The notes under the pieces are model-generated. The model had not been told where the DNA came from. It did not search any database and saw only the letters and a program-made list of their open reading frames with translations. The position numbers and the translations under genes are program-made. A DNA stretch of 64,000 bases from a virus: IMG/VR virus record IMGVR_UViG_3300037086_000458, positions 22,090 through 86,089 of that record. The stretch is one strand, 5' to 3'. How positions within the stretch are numbered: position 1 is the first letter of the stretch; each line of letters opens with the position of its first letter. Positions 1 through 10,007 of the stretch are shown here, one piece after another.

Positions 1-224
1 GGCCAAGACATCCCTCGTGATTCAATGAGACCGTTGTCTTTGATTAGCACAATATCTGTGTGCGAAGGTACATCTTTTATAGTACAACCAAGCAGCCCAC
101 GCCAGAAGCCTGCTTTGCGATCAATCTCTCCAAAGGAAACAAGATCTGATATTATACTCGCTGAATCTTTCCATAGACAAAAGGCCCCTGTGCATAAAAC
201 TGAAGTATCAAGTACTGATTTCAT
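1..224 (-). CDS. hypothetical protein, partial (runs off window start)
   Basis: ATG at 224 on minus with AAGGA upstream; manual translation MKSVLDTSVLCTGAFCLW...SHTDIVLIKDNGLIESRGMSW stays open to the edge; not in the ORF track. Confidence 0.6.
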   Translation of the reverse strand, partial: MKSVLDTSVLCTGAFCLWKDSASIISDLVSFGEIDRKAGFWRGLLGCTIKDVPSHTDIVLIKDNGLIESRGMSW

Positions 225-226
225 TT

Positions 227-883
227 TTATTCCTTTTGGTTTATTGGATTCAAAGGTTCTGGCACTATTTTATTAGCTGCTGCATGATCTTTTTGGAATT
301 TCCACAATCTGTATTCAGGGCTTTGGTTTAATTCTCTTTCTATCTGCTCATACTCTAAAAGAAGACTTTTAGATTTTTCTAAGTTTGGTCTTCTTTTAAG
401 AAGAACTGATTTTATAGCTTCAAGTCTTTTTAATGGCTTTATAACTTTTTTATATCTCTTTGTTGCCCCTAAAAGCGATGAAGAATTTTTTAAACCATGA
501 CATTTTTTACACTGATATATTTGTTCTTTGTCTTTATAGTTATTAGGTAAATAAAGCTTTAAGCAAATTTTTTTACATTGAGGGCACAAGACATACCATC
601 TATACCCTCCTAAATAATTCTTCCTATATGAATATTCAAAAGTTTGTCCATTAAGGTTAAATTTTTTGAGACTCCTCTGGATCATTGCATGGACTAGCTC
701 TTCATTCGCTTCTATGTCTCTATTTTTAATTTGTGAGGGTAATATCGTGGGCCAAAGATCTATCATTTCCTCAGGAGTTAAAGTATTTAATTTCTCCTTC
801 ATCTCTTTTTTTATTCTCAGACATAATTCTGAAAAACAAAAATACGTAGCAGATTCTGAAGGGATATATTTTGTTTTATTCAT
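227..883 (-). CDS. Zn-finger hypothetical protein
   Basis: 218 aa; RWYVLCPQC and YQCKKCHGL motifs; in operon. Confidence 0.6.
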   Translation of the reverse strand: MNKTKYIPSESATYFCFSELCLRIKKEMKEKLNTLTPEEMIDLWPTILPSQIKNRDIEANEELVHAMIQRSLKKFNLNGQTFEYSYRKNYLGGYRWYVLCPQCKKICLKLYLPNNYKDKEQIYQCKKCHGLKNSSSLLGATKRYKKVIKPLKRLEAIKSVLLKRRPNLEKSKSLLLEYEQIERELNQSPEYRLWKFQKDHAAANKIVPEPLNPINQKE

Positions 884-960
884 ATTTACTTGAAATATTA
901 TTTATTCTTATAAGTATCTTGCATATATTTAATGAAAAATTATGCATAGGATATTACAAA

Positions 961-1431
961 TTATCTATCATCCATCAGTCTTTTTTGATCTTTAACAGTA
1001 ATTTTTATAATGCTCTCAAGAAAATTTATAGCTATAACTATTATTTTTACAAAAATAGATGGATTCTTTTTAGCATCATCAAGAGATTTGTCGAGGATCC
1101 ATTCCAAACAATTTAATTCCGGGTATTTTTTATTTCTTAATGTAGGATTTTTAAGTTCATTATTGAATTCATCCTCGATATCTTTTTTTGAAAATTTGTA
1201 AACGAAGGCATTACAACCATCTGGATTATTACACACATCTAAACCATTATTAAGATTTTTATTATATAAGCATACGTATAATTTTAAATGCTTGCTTCCA
1301 TCTATGATTTCTAACTCCTTCCCATAAAAGCAATTTTTAGCCAACTTTTTTTTAGCATCTTGTAATTTATCAAACAATATTTTTCTCTTTAATTGCCTGT
1401 ATCTGCGATATATTACGCCTGGACTTTTCAT
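961..1431 (-). CDS. hypothetical protein
   Basis: 156 aa, Cys cluster, 4-nt overlap with NYN gene. Confidence 0.6.
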   Translation of the reverse strand: MKSPGVIYRRYRQLKRKILFDKLQDAKKKLAKNCFYGKELEIIDGSKHLKLYVCLYNKNLNNGLDVCNNPDGCNAFVYKFSKKDIEDEFNNELKNPTLRNKKYPELNCLEWILDKSLDDAKKNPSIFVKIIVIAINFLESIIKITVKDQKRLMDDR

Positions 1432-1949
1432 TTTTTTTCTTCTTTACTTTTTTCATAATAAAAAAAGTTTTCATTTAAGAAATGTACACTGTCAGCATAG
1501 TCGCAAAGTTTCTTATTAAAACTAAGGCCTGGCAGCGACCATATCTCAACAGTTTTATTATTGGTCTTTAAGTGATCGCATAAATCAATGAAATCCCCGT
1601 CACCGCTCATAAGCACCCATTTATCAAATTCATCTATACGCTTCATACAATCTACGCATATAGACATATCCTGATCAGTACCTTTATAAAATTTTTTACC
1701 ATCAGATCTTGTTACTACAGTAGCTATTTTAGAAGACAGTGTATACCCAAGGGATTTTAATAGGTTCTCAAAATTATATCCTTTTGATGAGGGCTCATTA
1801 CTTCGAGCAGTGTAAGCTACCATGTCTACGATCGTTTCATCTTTTCTACTGTAGAAATGTTCCTTGATTTTATTGAAATCTATTTTTTTCCCTATGTTTT
1901 TTGCTGAAAGAAATAAATTCTGCACATCAAGTTGTATAAAAGTTCTCAT
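1428..1949 (-). CDS. NYN domain (LabA/DUF88, PIN-like) protein
   Basis: DVQNL, KGTDQDM, LMSGDGDFIDL and ADSVHFL motifs. Confidence 0.85.
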   Translation of the reverse strand: MRTFIQLDVQNLFLSAKNIGKKIDFNKIKEHFYSRKDETIVDMVAYTARSNEPSSKGYNFENLLKSLGYTLSSKIATVVTRSDGKKFYKGTDQDMSICVDCMKRIDEFDKWVLMSGDGDFIDLCDHLKTNNKTVEIWSLPGLSFNKKLCDYADSVHFLNENFFYYEKSKEEKK

Positions 1950-2557
1950 TTTGCTTTTTCAATCTCCAGACTATTGTTTTTGGATGTATACCTGAAGGAG
2001 TTCTCTGTCCTGTCAGAAAATCCAAGATTGTGTGTTACTAATAAGGCATCCAATTTTAATTTCTTGGATAGGTGATCCATCAGTTTTCCGACATTTTCTA
2101 TGTACTCGGAATCTACGGCGTCAAATGTTTCATCCATAAGTAACAAACGTGCTTTTTTCATTTTTATAATACAGATCATTCGTAAAAGCAGGCTCTCTAT
2201 CACTGATACACTACTTCTGGAGCTTGGATCTACTGTTTCTCCATTATAAATAGTTTGAAGATTTATCTTTATTTTACTACCTCTTTCTTCAATATCTGAT
2301 TTAAAAGAAAGATTTTTATCCGGGAAAACCGTATTTAATCCGTATGTGATAAGCATATCCATTTTACTCAGGTCTTCTTTGACTAATTTATCTATAAGAT
2401 ATTTCAAAGCTTTTTCTGTTTTTATAAGTAATAGCTCTCTCTTCTCAAGATTTCTAACAGTATCTTGGAGATTTTTTTTAATCTCTTTTTTATTCTGGCA
2501 AACTCCATCTAAATAGAGAAGCCTTGCTTTAACATTGTCAAAAAATTCGAAATCCAT
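1946..2557 (-). CDS. sbcC: SbcC/Rad50 ABC-ATPase C-terminal half
   Basis: coiled coil, Walker B LLLMDETF, H-loop LLVTH; no Walker A. Confidence 0.75.
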   Translation of the reverse strand: MDFEFFDNVKARLLYLDGVCQNKKEIKKNLQDTVRNLEKRELLLIKTEKALKYLIDKLVKEDLSKMDMLITYGLNTVFPDKNLSFKSDIEERGSKIKINLQTIYNGETVDPSSRSSVSVIESLLLRMICIIKMKKARLLLMDETFDAVDSEYIENVGKLMDHLSKKLKLDALLVTHNLGFSDRTENSFRYTSKNNSLEIEKAK

Positions 2558-2844
2558 TATATTTTTTTCTCTTTATTGATTTTTTGAAGTTTTCTACCAC
2601 AATGAGGACAGTATTTAAAACCAACTTCAATGAAACCTTCACGGATATGCGGTCGATCACACTCATTACATATTATTACTTTTGAGTTACTTTCTTTTAA
2701 TTGGGCCTCAATTAATAACTTTGAGTCCCTTTCTTTTAATAGTTTCCAAAATTGTTTGCATCGTTTGTCATTTGGTTGGACTTTGAGACTGCAAATAAAA
2801 CCTATTAAACAATTATTGCATTTTACGGATAAAAGATTAGACAT
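2557..2844 (-). CDS. small Zn-ribbon protein
   Basis: CNNC, CNEC, FKYCPHCG. Confidence 0.55.
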   Translation of the reverse strand: MSNLLSVKCNNCLIGFICSLKVQPNDKRCKQFWKLLKERDSKLLIEAQLKESNSKVIICNECDRPHIREGFIEVGFKYCPHCGRKLQKINKEKKI

Positions 2845-2910
2845 ATAAATCCTTAATATAGGTATTAATATTTTATTTTTTAAAAATGCTGTGTCTCGCT
2901 GTTAAATTAT

Positions 2911-3246
2911 TTATTTTACTTTCAATTTGTCAACTCGAGAATCGGTATAACTATTACATTTCTTCTCCAATACAGGCAAATCACAATTTAACAGATCACC
3001 TCTACATTTTGCAAGGTCATCTGCCGCATTTTTAGACTCATAGCTAATTTGCAGCGAGACTTCATTGAACCTTTGCCAGACATTCATTAGCTGATCTGTA
3101 TGTCCTTTAACAGTCTTCCTCAACTTAAGCACTATCACTACCAAAGCAACAATAACAATTATCACCGCAGCAGTAATAACACCTAAACTGAATGAAGTTA
3201 CTTCAATATTCATAACGCCTCCGATTTGCGAGGCACAGCATTTCAA
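2911..3246 (-). CDS. single-TM membrane protein (start probably the internal MNIEV)
   Basis: hydrophobic LGVITAAVIIVIVALVVIVL; GGAGG before the internal Met. Confidence 0.55.
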   Translation of the reverse strand: MKCCASQIGGVMNIEVTSFSLGVITAAVIIVIVALVVIVLKLRKTVKGHTDQLMNVWQRFNEVSLQISYESKNAADDLAKCRGDLLNCDLPVLEKKCNSYTDSRVDKLKVK

Positions 3247-3494
3247 GCATGGTGAAGTTTTCCAGCTATAATAGCAACAAACTTATCTCGCACTTCGGAA
3301 CACTGCGTACGAGTTAGATAATTATTACGAATCAAGTGATTGAGTTGGTCATCAACAACCTGACAAATCTGCGATAGCTCGGTAGTCTCAGTATCTACTT
3401 CAGCTATGGATTCCTCGATGCATAGATCACATTTTTCAACAGTTGTGTGATGGACTATACCGTGCTTTTTACATCGTTTAAAATTTATTGGCAT
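3243..3494 (-). CDS. hypothetical protein
   Basis: 83 aa, CKKH/CDLC, in operon. Confidence 0.5.
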   Translation of the reverse strand: MPINFKRCKKHGIVHHTTVEKCDLCIEESIAEVDTETTELSQICQVVDDQLNHLIRNNYLTRTQCSEVRDKFVAIIAGKLHHA

Positions 3495-3505
3495 TTTAAA
3501 TCATC

Positions 3506-4672
3506 TTAATTTGATTTTTGGCGTATCTTTGAATAGGCCCCTACACCTACTGTCATATATTTTATATCTTTTTTTTCTTCTTTTACTGATTCAATAACTT
3601 TAAAGAAAGATCCCGATGTGTTAATATAAATGTTTATGCTATCAGTTATAAAAGAAGAAATTTCTGTAATAAATAATTTATAATCCAATATGTGTTTTAT
3701 TTCTTCTGTTGAGTCATCGTTGACCCTTTTACAGTTAATTCTTTCTTTTGCTTTTAAATTAGATAGCAGAGCTATATCTAAAAAGGAATTATCCCCAGCC
3801 CCAGATAATACTATTTCTATACCCGCTCCTATCATGGTTGCTCTTGTGGACCCCAACCTATTAAGCTTTTTTACTAACTCGATACGATTTATCTCTGTAA
3901 AAGGTCCGTCTTTCTTAAGATAACTGAGATCCATCTTGGGGGCTTCAACAGCCGATTTTAGACAACTAAAATAGGTGCTAAGATTATCAGTGCGTATAAC
4001 CACATCATTATCTGATTCCCCTAGGATTAAAGTATCTTCGGGTATTTTTTCTAAAACTGATATAAAAAGTGGGGTTGCATTTTTTCTTATTTTTATATTA
4101 TTTATGCCTCTGAAATTAGGAGCAACAAAATACCCCATTTTATTTAATCCGTTTGCAGAAAAAATAACGCCATTGTTTATAATTACAAAGTCAAATTTTT
4201 TATTTTCTTCATTGGCGGCTTCAAGATATTTTACAGAGAATTTTAAGGATGCTAATAAAACCTCTCTGCTAATTGTGTGCGTGATATTAAGAGCTTTATC
4301 AACATTACTTACGGTAAGCATTTTATCTGGCGGGAACGATTGTAATGTATTAAAAGACTGCTCATCCACTGTAGTGAATACCTTTAAAGTAAGGTTACTC
4401 TGATCAAACTCCATTTTAACGGTATCACTATCAATCTTCGTTAAAAGCTTATCCAACATCTTAGGATCGGCTGTAAAGGAGCATTCTGTGTCACACTCAA
4501 TTACAGGGATAACACTCTGGGCTTTTAGGTCATTGTTAGTCCCTGAAATTTTCATTTCAGTTTTTGTTACTTTAAAAAGTAAATGCCCTCTTTCAACTTG
4601 TATTACAGCTTTAGAAAGAGCTTTAGAAGATATGGCTATAGCTTCTTTTAATTTATCCTTGGATATTTTCAT
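3506..4672 (-). CDS. dnaN: DNA polymerase III beta sliding clamp-like protein
   Basis: 388 aa; N-terminus MKISKDKLKEAI...ISGTNNDL resembles DnaN; three-domain periodicity; clamp loader genes in window. Confidence 0.75.
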   Translation of the reverse strand: MKISKDKLKEAIAISSKALSKAVIQVERGHLLFKVTKTEMKISGTNNDLKAQSVIPVIECDTECSFTADPKMLDKLLTKIDSDTVKMEFDQSNLTLKVFTTVDEQSFNTLQSFPPDKMLTVSNVDKALNITHTISREVLLASLKFSVKYLEAANEENKKFDFVIINNGVIFSANGLNKMGYFVAPNFRGINNIKIRKNATPLFISVLEKIPEDTLILGESDNDVVIRTDNLSTYFSCLKSAVEAPKMDLSYLKKDGPFTEINRIELVKKLNRLGSTRATMIGAGIEIVLSGAGDNSFLDIALLSNLKAKERINCKRVNDDSTEEIKHILDYKLFITEISSFITDSINIYINTSGSFFKVIESVKEEKKDIKYMTVGVGAYSKIRQKSN

Positions 4673-4675
4673 GCC

Positions 4676-4942
4676 TTAACCCTCTTCGATAACGGATAAT
4701 TTTTTTGAGACATCTTGAAGTCCAGATTCAAAGAGAGCCAGCTCTTCTTTAAGCTCAGTTTCTTTCTTTTGGATAACTGATTTTAAATCTTTTGGCTCAT
4801 ATCCGGCATCTTTGATTTCCTTAATAAGATTCTTTAACTCTGCTTCTTTGCTTTTGCACTGTTCTTCCAGGCGAATTTTTTTAGTTTTTAATTCGTCTTG
4901 AGTCTTCTTAAGCTCTACAAATTTTTGAGTTTCCGTATCCAT
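4676..4942 (-). CDS. coiled-coil hypothetical protein
   Basis: 88 aa heptad-rich. Confidence 0.6.
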   Translation of the reverse strand: MDTETQKFVELKKTQDELKTKKIRLEEQCKSKEAELKNLIKEIKDAGYEPKDLKSVIQKKETELKEELALFESGLQDVSKKLSVIEEG

Positions 4943-4943
4943 A

Positions 4944-5780
4944 TTAATCCTCTCCTACGCCGAGAGAAATTATTCCACCCTCGGTATCTGTGTGTAATTT
5001 GGATCTTTTTTTAGCGTTAGCTTCTTTTTTTTCTAAATAAGGATTACATGTTATCCTGTATGCACACCAAGCGCATGTTTTACTTAACTTAACTACTGAT
5101 TCAAAAATCTTATCTTTTTTTATGGCTTCTTTAGCCATAGCTAACTTATTTTTGAATTTTAACAGGATATCTGAGTTGAAATCTATGTACTGGATAGTTT
5201 TGTATTTATAGAATAAAAATCCTAATCTCTTAGGTAACTTTTCATGTTTAAGAAAATATAATAATGCGTAGAAAAATAATTGCTCAGGATCTACCCTATC
5301 TAAATGAGTTGTACTTTTACCATCTAATATCTCTACGGATCCATCTAGGCATTTTCTGATAAAATCTAATCTACCGTTTAAAATGTCCCCGCTTTTTTTA
5401 AGTTTTATCTCTATGTTTACTTCAGACTTGCACTCATTAAATAAAGGGAAAGTTTTTATATTCTCAAGTATGTCTTTAAACGCTTCCTCGAAGATCTCGT
5501 CAGCTGTTTGTTTTACCCAGGGATCCTTCCAGTTGACATAATTTTTTTCTAATATTTTTTCCCATTGTTTTTTTAATACAGCCCTCACTAATTCAGGGGT
5601 AATAGTAATCGTGCTGTTAATGAGGACGTTGGAGTATTCTTGAAAGAACCTTTGAATTAATATACCATATAAAGCAAAATATTTACTGTCTTCCATGGGT
5701 GGCTTTATACCATCCAATTCATATTTAAATTTACGAGGGCATTTTAAATAGGTGTCATATTTCGAGAAGGATAGCTTCAT
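4944..5780 (-). CDS. PD-(D/E)XK nuclease, Cas4/AddB/RecB-like, with Fe-S cysteines
   Basis: SFSKYDTYLKCPRKF, GRLDFI, ILDGKS, CAWCAYRITC. Confidence 0.85.
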   Translation of the reverse strand: MKLSFSKYDTYLKCPRKFKYELDGIKPPMEDSKYFALYGILIQRFFQEYSNVLINSTITITPELVRAVLKKQWEKILEKNYVNWKDPWVKQTADEIFEEAFKDILENIKTFPLFNECKSEVNIEIKLKKSGDILNGRLDFIRKCLDGSVEILDGKSTTHLDRVDPEQLFFYALLYFLKHEKLPKRLGFLFYKYKTIQYIDFNSDILLKFKNKLAMAKEAIKKDKIFESVVKLSKTCAWCAYRITCNPYLEKKEANAKKRSKLHTDTEGGIISLGVGED

Positions 5781-6790
5781 CTGAATATTTCCTTTATTGC
5801 TAAATCTGCTTGTTCTAAGTAATATTTAACGGAATCTATTATTTCTTTCTCAGCCTGGAGATTACTAATCTCGTACTCTATGGAGTTTGTATTCGTTAAC
5901 CCTTCGTCCAAATTTTTTTGTAATTTTTCTACAAATTCCTCTGTGGCCGATATTTTGTCCTTTTCGGCTTTCTTTTCTTCTAAATCAAAAACTTCTTCCG
6001 CAGGCTTTACCTTGAGTTTTATAGCCTGGGCTTTAATAGTAATTTTTCCTGAATCTTCTTTTGTTATTTCTACATAACCTATTTTAGGATCTCTTTTGAT
6101 ATTATCCTCAGAAGTAGTCCCTCTACTTACTGCTCCTACGTTAATGAAATATTGCAAATGTCCATTATTTACTTGTGTTTGGATACCTTGATCAATATGG
6201 TAGTGACCTAAGATATAGATATCGTAACCAAGCTCTCCTAATTCTTTATAAGAAAAAAGTTTGTTTTTAAACAGCACCCCTCCGTCTGAGGAAGAATATA
6301 AGTGTAAGGCACAGATATTAACGTCATGTTTGTCTCTTTGTGCTTTGCTTGCGGTACATTCCCACTCTTTAAATTGGAACCCCATTAAGGATACGTTGAC
6401 CCCTTTTATACCTATCTCAATTTCTCTTAGTTGCGTTAGAGTGTTGCTGGTATATAATACTTTTAAAGGCTGCTCATCAAAATTATTATAGCTGCCCCTA
6501 AGATCGTGGTTCCCTTCGATAGAGTAGATAGGTGCCCCAAAATCTTTAAAAACTTCCATAAGAGTAGTGTTTAGATGGTGCGTATTTTTTATAGGGGCTT
6601 TTATATGATAAAGATCACCAGCAAACACATAAAAATCTACCCCTAATTTTTTCCCAGCAGCTCCTATTTGCTTAAGTTTAAGAAGTATATCCTTTTTATA
6701 ACTTCCAAGACGTGCAGAAGGATTAATATCACTTATATGAACGTCTGAAAAGGATATAAACTTTATTTTTGTCATAATTTTGATCCGCAT
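5777..6790 (-). CDS. sbcD: SbcD/Mre11 metallophosphoesterase nuclease
   Basis: SDVH, AGDLYH, GNHD, GHYH motifs; next to SbcC. Confidence 0.9.
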   Translation of the reverse strand: MRIKIMTKIKFISFSDVHISDINPSARLGSYKKDILLKLKQIGAAGKKLGVDFYVFAGDLYHIKAPIKNTHHLNTTLMEVFKDFGAPIYSIEGNHDLRGSYNNFDEQPLKVLYTSNTLTQLREIEIGIKGVNVSLMGFQFKEWECTASKAQRDKHDVNICALHLYSSSDGGVLFKNKLFSYKELGELGYDIYILGHYHIDQGIQTQVNNGHLQYFINVGAVSRGTTSEDNIKRDPKIGYVEITKEDSGKITIKAQAIKLKVKPAEEVFDLEEKKAEKDKISATEEFVEKLQKNLDEGLTNTNSIEYEISNLQAEKEIIDSVKYYLEQADLAIKEIFR

Positions 6791-7935
6791 GCTGGGCAGC
6801 GATCATAAATACTTAATTCTTTATCCACTTTTATTAGCTCTTCCCCGGCGATTTTAATTGAACTTCTGGTCTTATTAACATCGGTGACGAGATCCGCAGT
6901 TTTATCATATAAAAATTTCAAATTGTTTATAAATTCAATTTTTGTATCAGGTACTTCAGGTATTTTAATATCTTTAATATTTTTTAAGACATTAACAGAG
7001 GTTGCTAAAGAATCATATCTTGATTGAAAGTTTCTGAGATTTTTGATCTCTGATAATTTGCTTTCAATTTCAGATGTTTCCTTTTCGGATATAATGATAC
7101 TGTTAACTTCCCTGAGGCGTAAAAAATCTTTTTTTATATCTTGGATATCTGAAAGAAAATTTTTTATTTTATCACACTCTACTATGTTTTTCTCTATAGA
7201 AATATACGATGGAATCTCGATACTTTTAACTGGTTTAAATCTTTTTATTTCTTCTGTATTTTTTTCATAAATATAAAACCAAGATTTTAATCCGAAGATG
7301 TCATCATATTTCTTGTTTAGTTTTATTTTTTCATCATCAAGACTTTTAGCTACTATCTTTACCTTATCAAAATCTTCAAATCTTTCTAAATCTTTTTCGG
7401 CTTGATCAAAATCGTTTTTTCTTAATTTACAAAGATTTGAATTTTCTCTTTGATCCCTAGCACACAAATCTATAGCTTTATAAAGCTTATCAAGACCGTA
7501 GATAGAAATAAGTAAGTCTGCGCTCTTAGTATCAAGCCTATCAACGAGGAATAGTGGAAAAAATTGCTCTGCATAAAATAAATTTATTTTTTCTTTGCCA
7601 ACATTTAATAAACCAAACCCAGCGTCTATAAGGGGCTTAGGAGGGGGTTGATTGCCAACCTTGTCATAGACATCCTCGTTATTTATCTTGTAGAAATTAT
7701 TACCGCTTTCCTTATGCCATAGTAATTCTATGTCGGTTGTCTTAATTTTTACTTCACAGAATTTCTCACCCCACCTAATAAAGTCTGTACCTTGTTGATT
7801 GGTAAGTGCAGCATTAATGGCTCTTAATGATGCACTTTTACCAATAAAATTCCTACCTACAATAGTAGTGAATCCCTCAAACTTAAGAGATAAGTTTTTT
7901 ATAGACTGAAAGTTTGTTATATCAACTTCGAACAT
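6772..7935 (-). CDS. sbcC: SbcC/Rad50 N-terminal half ending at the zinc hook
   Basis: NFQS, Walker A GRNFIGKS, coiled coil, terminal CPACG. Confidence 0.85.
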   Translation of the reverse strand: MFEVDITNFQSIKNLSLKFEGFTTIVGRNFIGKSASLRAINAALTNQQGTDFIRWGEKFCEVKIKTTDIELLWHKESGNNFYKINNEDVYDKVGNQPPPKPLIDAGFGLLNVGKEKINLFYAEQFFPLFLVDRLDTKSADLLISIYGLDKLYKAIDLCARDQRENSNLCKLRKNDFDQAEKDLERFEDFDKVKIVAKSLDDEKIKLNKKYDDIFGLKSWFYIYEKNTEEIKRFKPVKSIEIPSYISIEKNIVECDKIKNFLSDIQDIKKDFLRLREVNSIIISEKETSEIESKLSEIKNLRNFQSRYDSLATSVNVLKNIKDIKIPEVPDTKIEFINNLKFLYDKTADLVTDVNKTRSSIKIAGEELIKVDKELSIYDRCPACGSKL

Positions 7936-9296
7936 TATCCTTGTTCTCCACTACCCATAACGGATTTAAGATCGTCGAGTTCCTCTTTACCATCTTCAGA
8001 TATTTCAACGGAATCAATTTTGTCATCTACCTCAACTTCTAAAGAGTCATCGTCGAGTATAGATCCTTTTAACTGACTCCTAAGTTTATTCAATTCCTCG
8101 AGGTCATCTTTGGAAAGATCCTTTTCATCCATACCCTCAAGTTCCTTTTTCCTCTCTATCATAGCTTCTGTGCTGGCTGATGGGATAAGGTATGGGGTTA
8201 CTGCTTCCAATATCTCAGAGTGTTCCTCTAAGTATTTAACAACATTCATTCTGCCTTGGATGTTAAAACTATACTTACCGTTAGGGTCTTCCCAGGAGAT
8301 ATATCCAGCAGCTTTATCTTTGAATACCTTTGTATTTTCCCCAAGATAAACTAAAGACAAGATATTATCTACACCTTTTCCGAAAGTAATGTAAATAGGT
8401 CCAGATTTATAGGCTACATCAAATTTATTTTTTACACATATAGCTTTAACCATCTGGCTGACCATTTTCTTTTCGCTTAATCCAGAGAGATTGCTAACAC
8501 CCATTACGCTTTCTCTTTCACTGGTTTGCTTAAGCTCTATCCTTACGGTCGTGTAATATTTAGGTGCCTGACCTCCTGAGCTTATTTTCTTAGGACCACC
8601 ATGCATCCCAGGCATCGAAGACATTTTAATATCTACACGGGTTTGATTGATAAGTACAAGGGCAGTGTTGTACTTGTCTAATCTTTTTGTTATCCAATTC
8701 AAAAATTGGCTTGTAAGCTTTGCATGTTTTCCTATCTGGACCATTTTTGTTGGATCTTCGTTATCTTCAGATTCAGGAATCATACCGGTAACTGAATCTA
8801 TGACTATAATAGCTGGGTGATAAGCTACCATGGCTTTGGCTATTTTTTCCACGCCACTCTCAAAATTCATGGGAGTAATACCAAAAAAATTTGGGGAGTT
8901 TGTATCAATCCCTAAATTTTCTACGTAAGTTTTTTGTAGACGAAGGCTGTGTTCAAAATCTGCCCATACTACAGGCTCCCCAGCATCCAAAACATTTTTG
9001 CAAGCGAGGAGGGCTAGTGTAGTTTTACCCGTAGCTTCATCACCAAATATTTCTGTTACACCGCCTCTGGGGAATCCACCTGGTTCGTTATTTAAAGAGC
9101 CATTCCCTATTAATCGGTTCAATATAAGAGAACCAGTAGGTATGACTTCTATTTTTTTCATATGGAGATAAGTGCCTTCTTTCTCACACTCGGCCCTTAA
9201 CTCTTTTTTAAGATCGCCTTTTCCTTTTGGCTTACTTTTATTTTCTTCAGGTTCCGGAGTCTTCTTCTTTCCCCAGGTCCCTTTTTTCTTTTGCAT
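7935..9296 (-). CDS. recA: RecA recombinase with Lys-rich N-tail and acidic C-tail
   Basis: IPTGS, GGFPRG, GDEATGKTT, IVIDSV, INQ, GG, KNKF. Confidence 0.93.
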   Translation of the reverse strand: MQKKKGTWGKKKTPEPEENKSKPKGKGDLKKELRAECEKEGTYLHMKKIEVIPTGSLILNRLIGNGSLNNEPGGFPRGGVTEIFGDEATGKTTLALLACKNVLDAGEPVVWADFEHSLRLQKTYVENLGIDTNSPNFFGITPMNFESGVEKIAKAMVAYHPAIIVIDSVTGMIPESEDNEDPTKMVQIGKHAKLTSQFLNWITKRLDKYNTALVLINQTRVDIKMSSMPGMHGGPKKISSGGQAPKYYTTVRIELKQTSERESVMGVSNLSGLSEKKMVSQMVKAICVKNKFDVAYKSGPIYITFGKGVDNILSLVYLGENTKVFKDKAAGYISWEDPNGKYSFNIQGRMNVVKYLEEHSEILEAVTPYLIPSASTEAMIERKKELEGMDEKDLSKDDLEELNKLRSQLKGSILDDDSLEVEVDDKIDSVEISEDGKEELDDLKSVMGSGEQG

Positions 9297-9963
9297 CCTC
9301 TAATCTCCTTTTGATTTTTTTAAAATCGAAGAACATTTCGTTTTCCCGATAGATATATCCGACATACTCTGTAAATCCTGTTTTTATACCTTTAGTAAAA
9401 GTATGCTTACCACAAAAAACTTCTCGCTCATACTTGCCGAGATCTTCTTCTTTAAGATTTTTTAAAATAAAAAATTTGTAAAATCTTTTTCCAAAATACC
9501 CAGCCCAATAAGCGTCAGCTATGTCGTTTGCTAACCTGTGCCCTTGCATCCCTAAGATGGTTTTGGCGGCATCAACCATATGGGCTTTTCCGACATCTTG
9601 AACACTCAGATCCGGTCTAACCAATTTTTTAAGCTGCTGTGGCGGGAATGCAACAACAAATGTGCCAAGATCCAGGAAGGTTTTATGTATGAATTGATTT
9701 AAAGCAAATAGATGCTCTGCTTCATTACCACCAAAAAAAGGGGCTTCCATCCCAACAATATTGATGTTATGTTCAAGTAGCTTATCCTTAATCTGCTTTT
9801 GCTGTTTAAGAATACGCTGGATTAAAATACCATCAAGTTCGGATGTTTTTAATAAACCCTTATCTATAAGCTTATCGTCTGGGCCATCTATGTCTAAAAC
9901 AACATATCCGGCCTTTCGTAGAGATGGGTCCATCCCTAATATATAGGCCATACATATCCCCAA
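9247..9963 (-). CDS. ruvC: RuvC-like Holliday junction resolvase
   Basis: ILGMDPSL, VGMEAPF, PQQLKK, DIADAY. Confidence 0.85.
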   Translation of the reverse strand: MGICMAYILGMDPSLRKAGYVVLDIDGPDDKLIDKGLLKTSELDGILIQRILKQQKQIKDKLLEHNINIVGMEAPFFGGNEAEHLFALNQFIHKTFLDLGTFVVAFPPQQLKKLVRPDLSVQDVGKAHMVDAAKTILGMQGHRLANDIADAYWAGYFGKRFYKFFILKNLKEEDLGKYEREVFCGKHTFTKGIKTGFTEYVGYIYRENEMFFDFKKIKRRLEDAKEKRDLGKEEDSGT

Positions 9964-9996
9964 AAAAGGTACCTGTAGGACTTACAGGTACCTTTT
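9962..9996 (-). terminator. intrinsic terminator hairpin
   Basis: AAAAGGTACCTGTA-GGACT-TACAGGTACCTTTT perfect stem with A/T tracts on both sides. Confidence 0.8.
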
Positions 9997-10007
9997 AATT
10001 CGGTGTT

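Noticed and set aside
4944-5780. Cas4-like gene as part of a CRISPR system
   Set aside because: No array or other cas genes; recombination context
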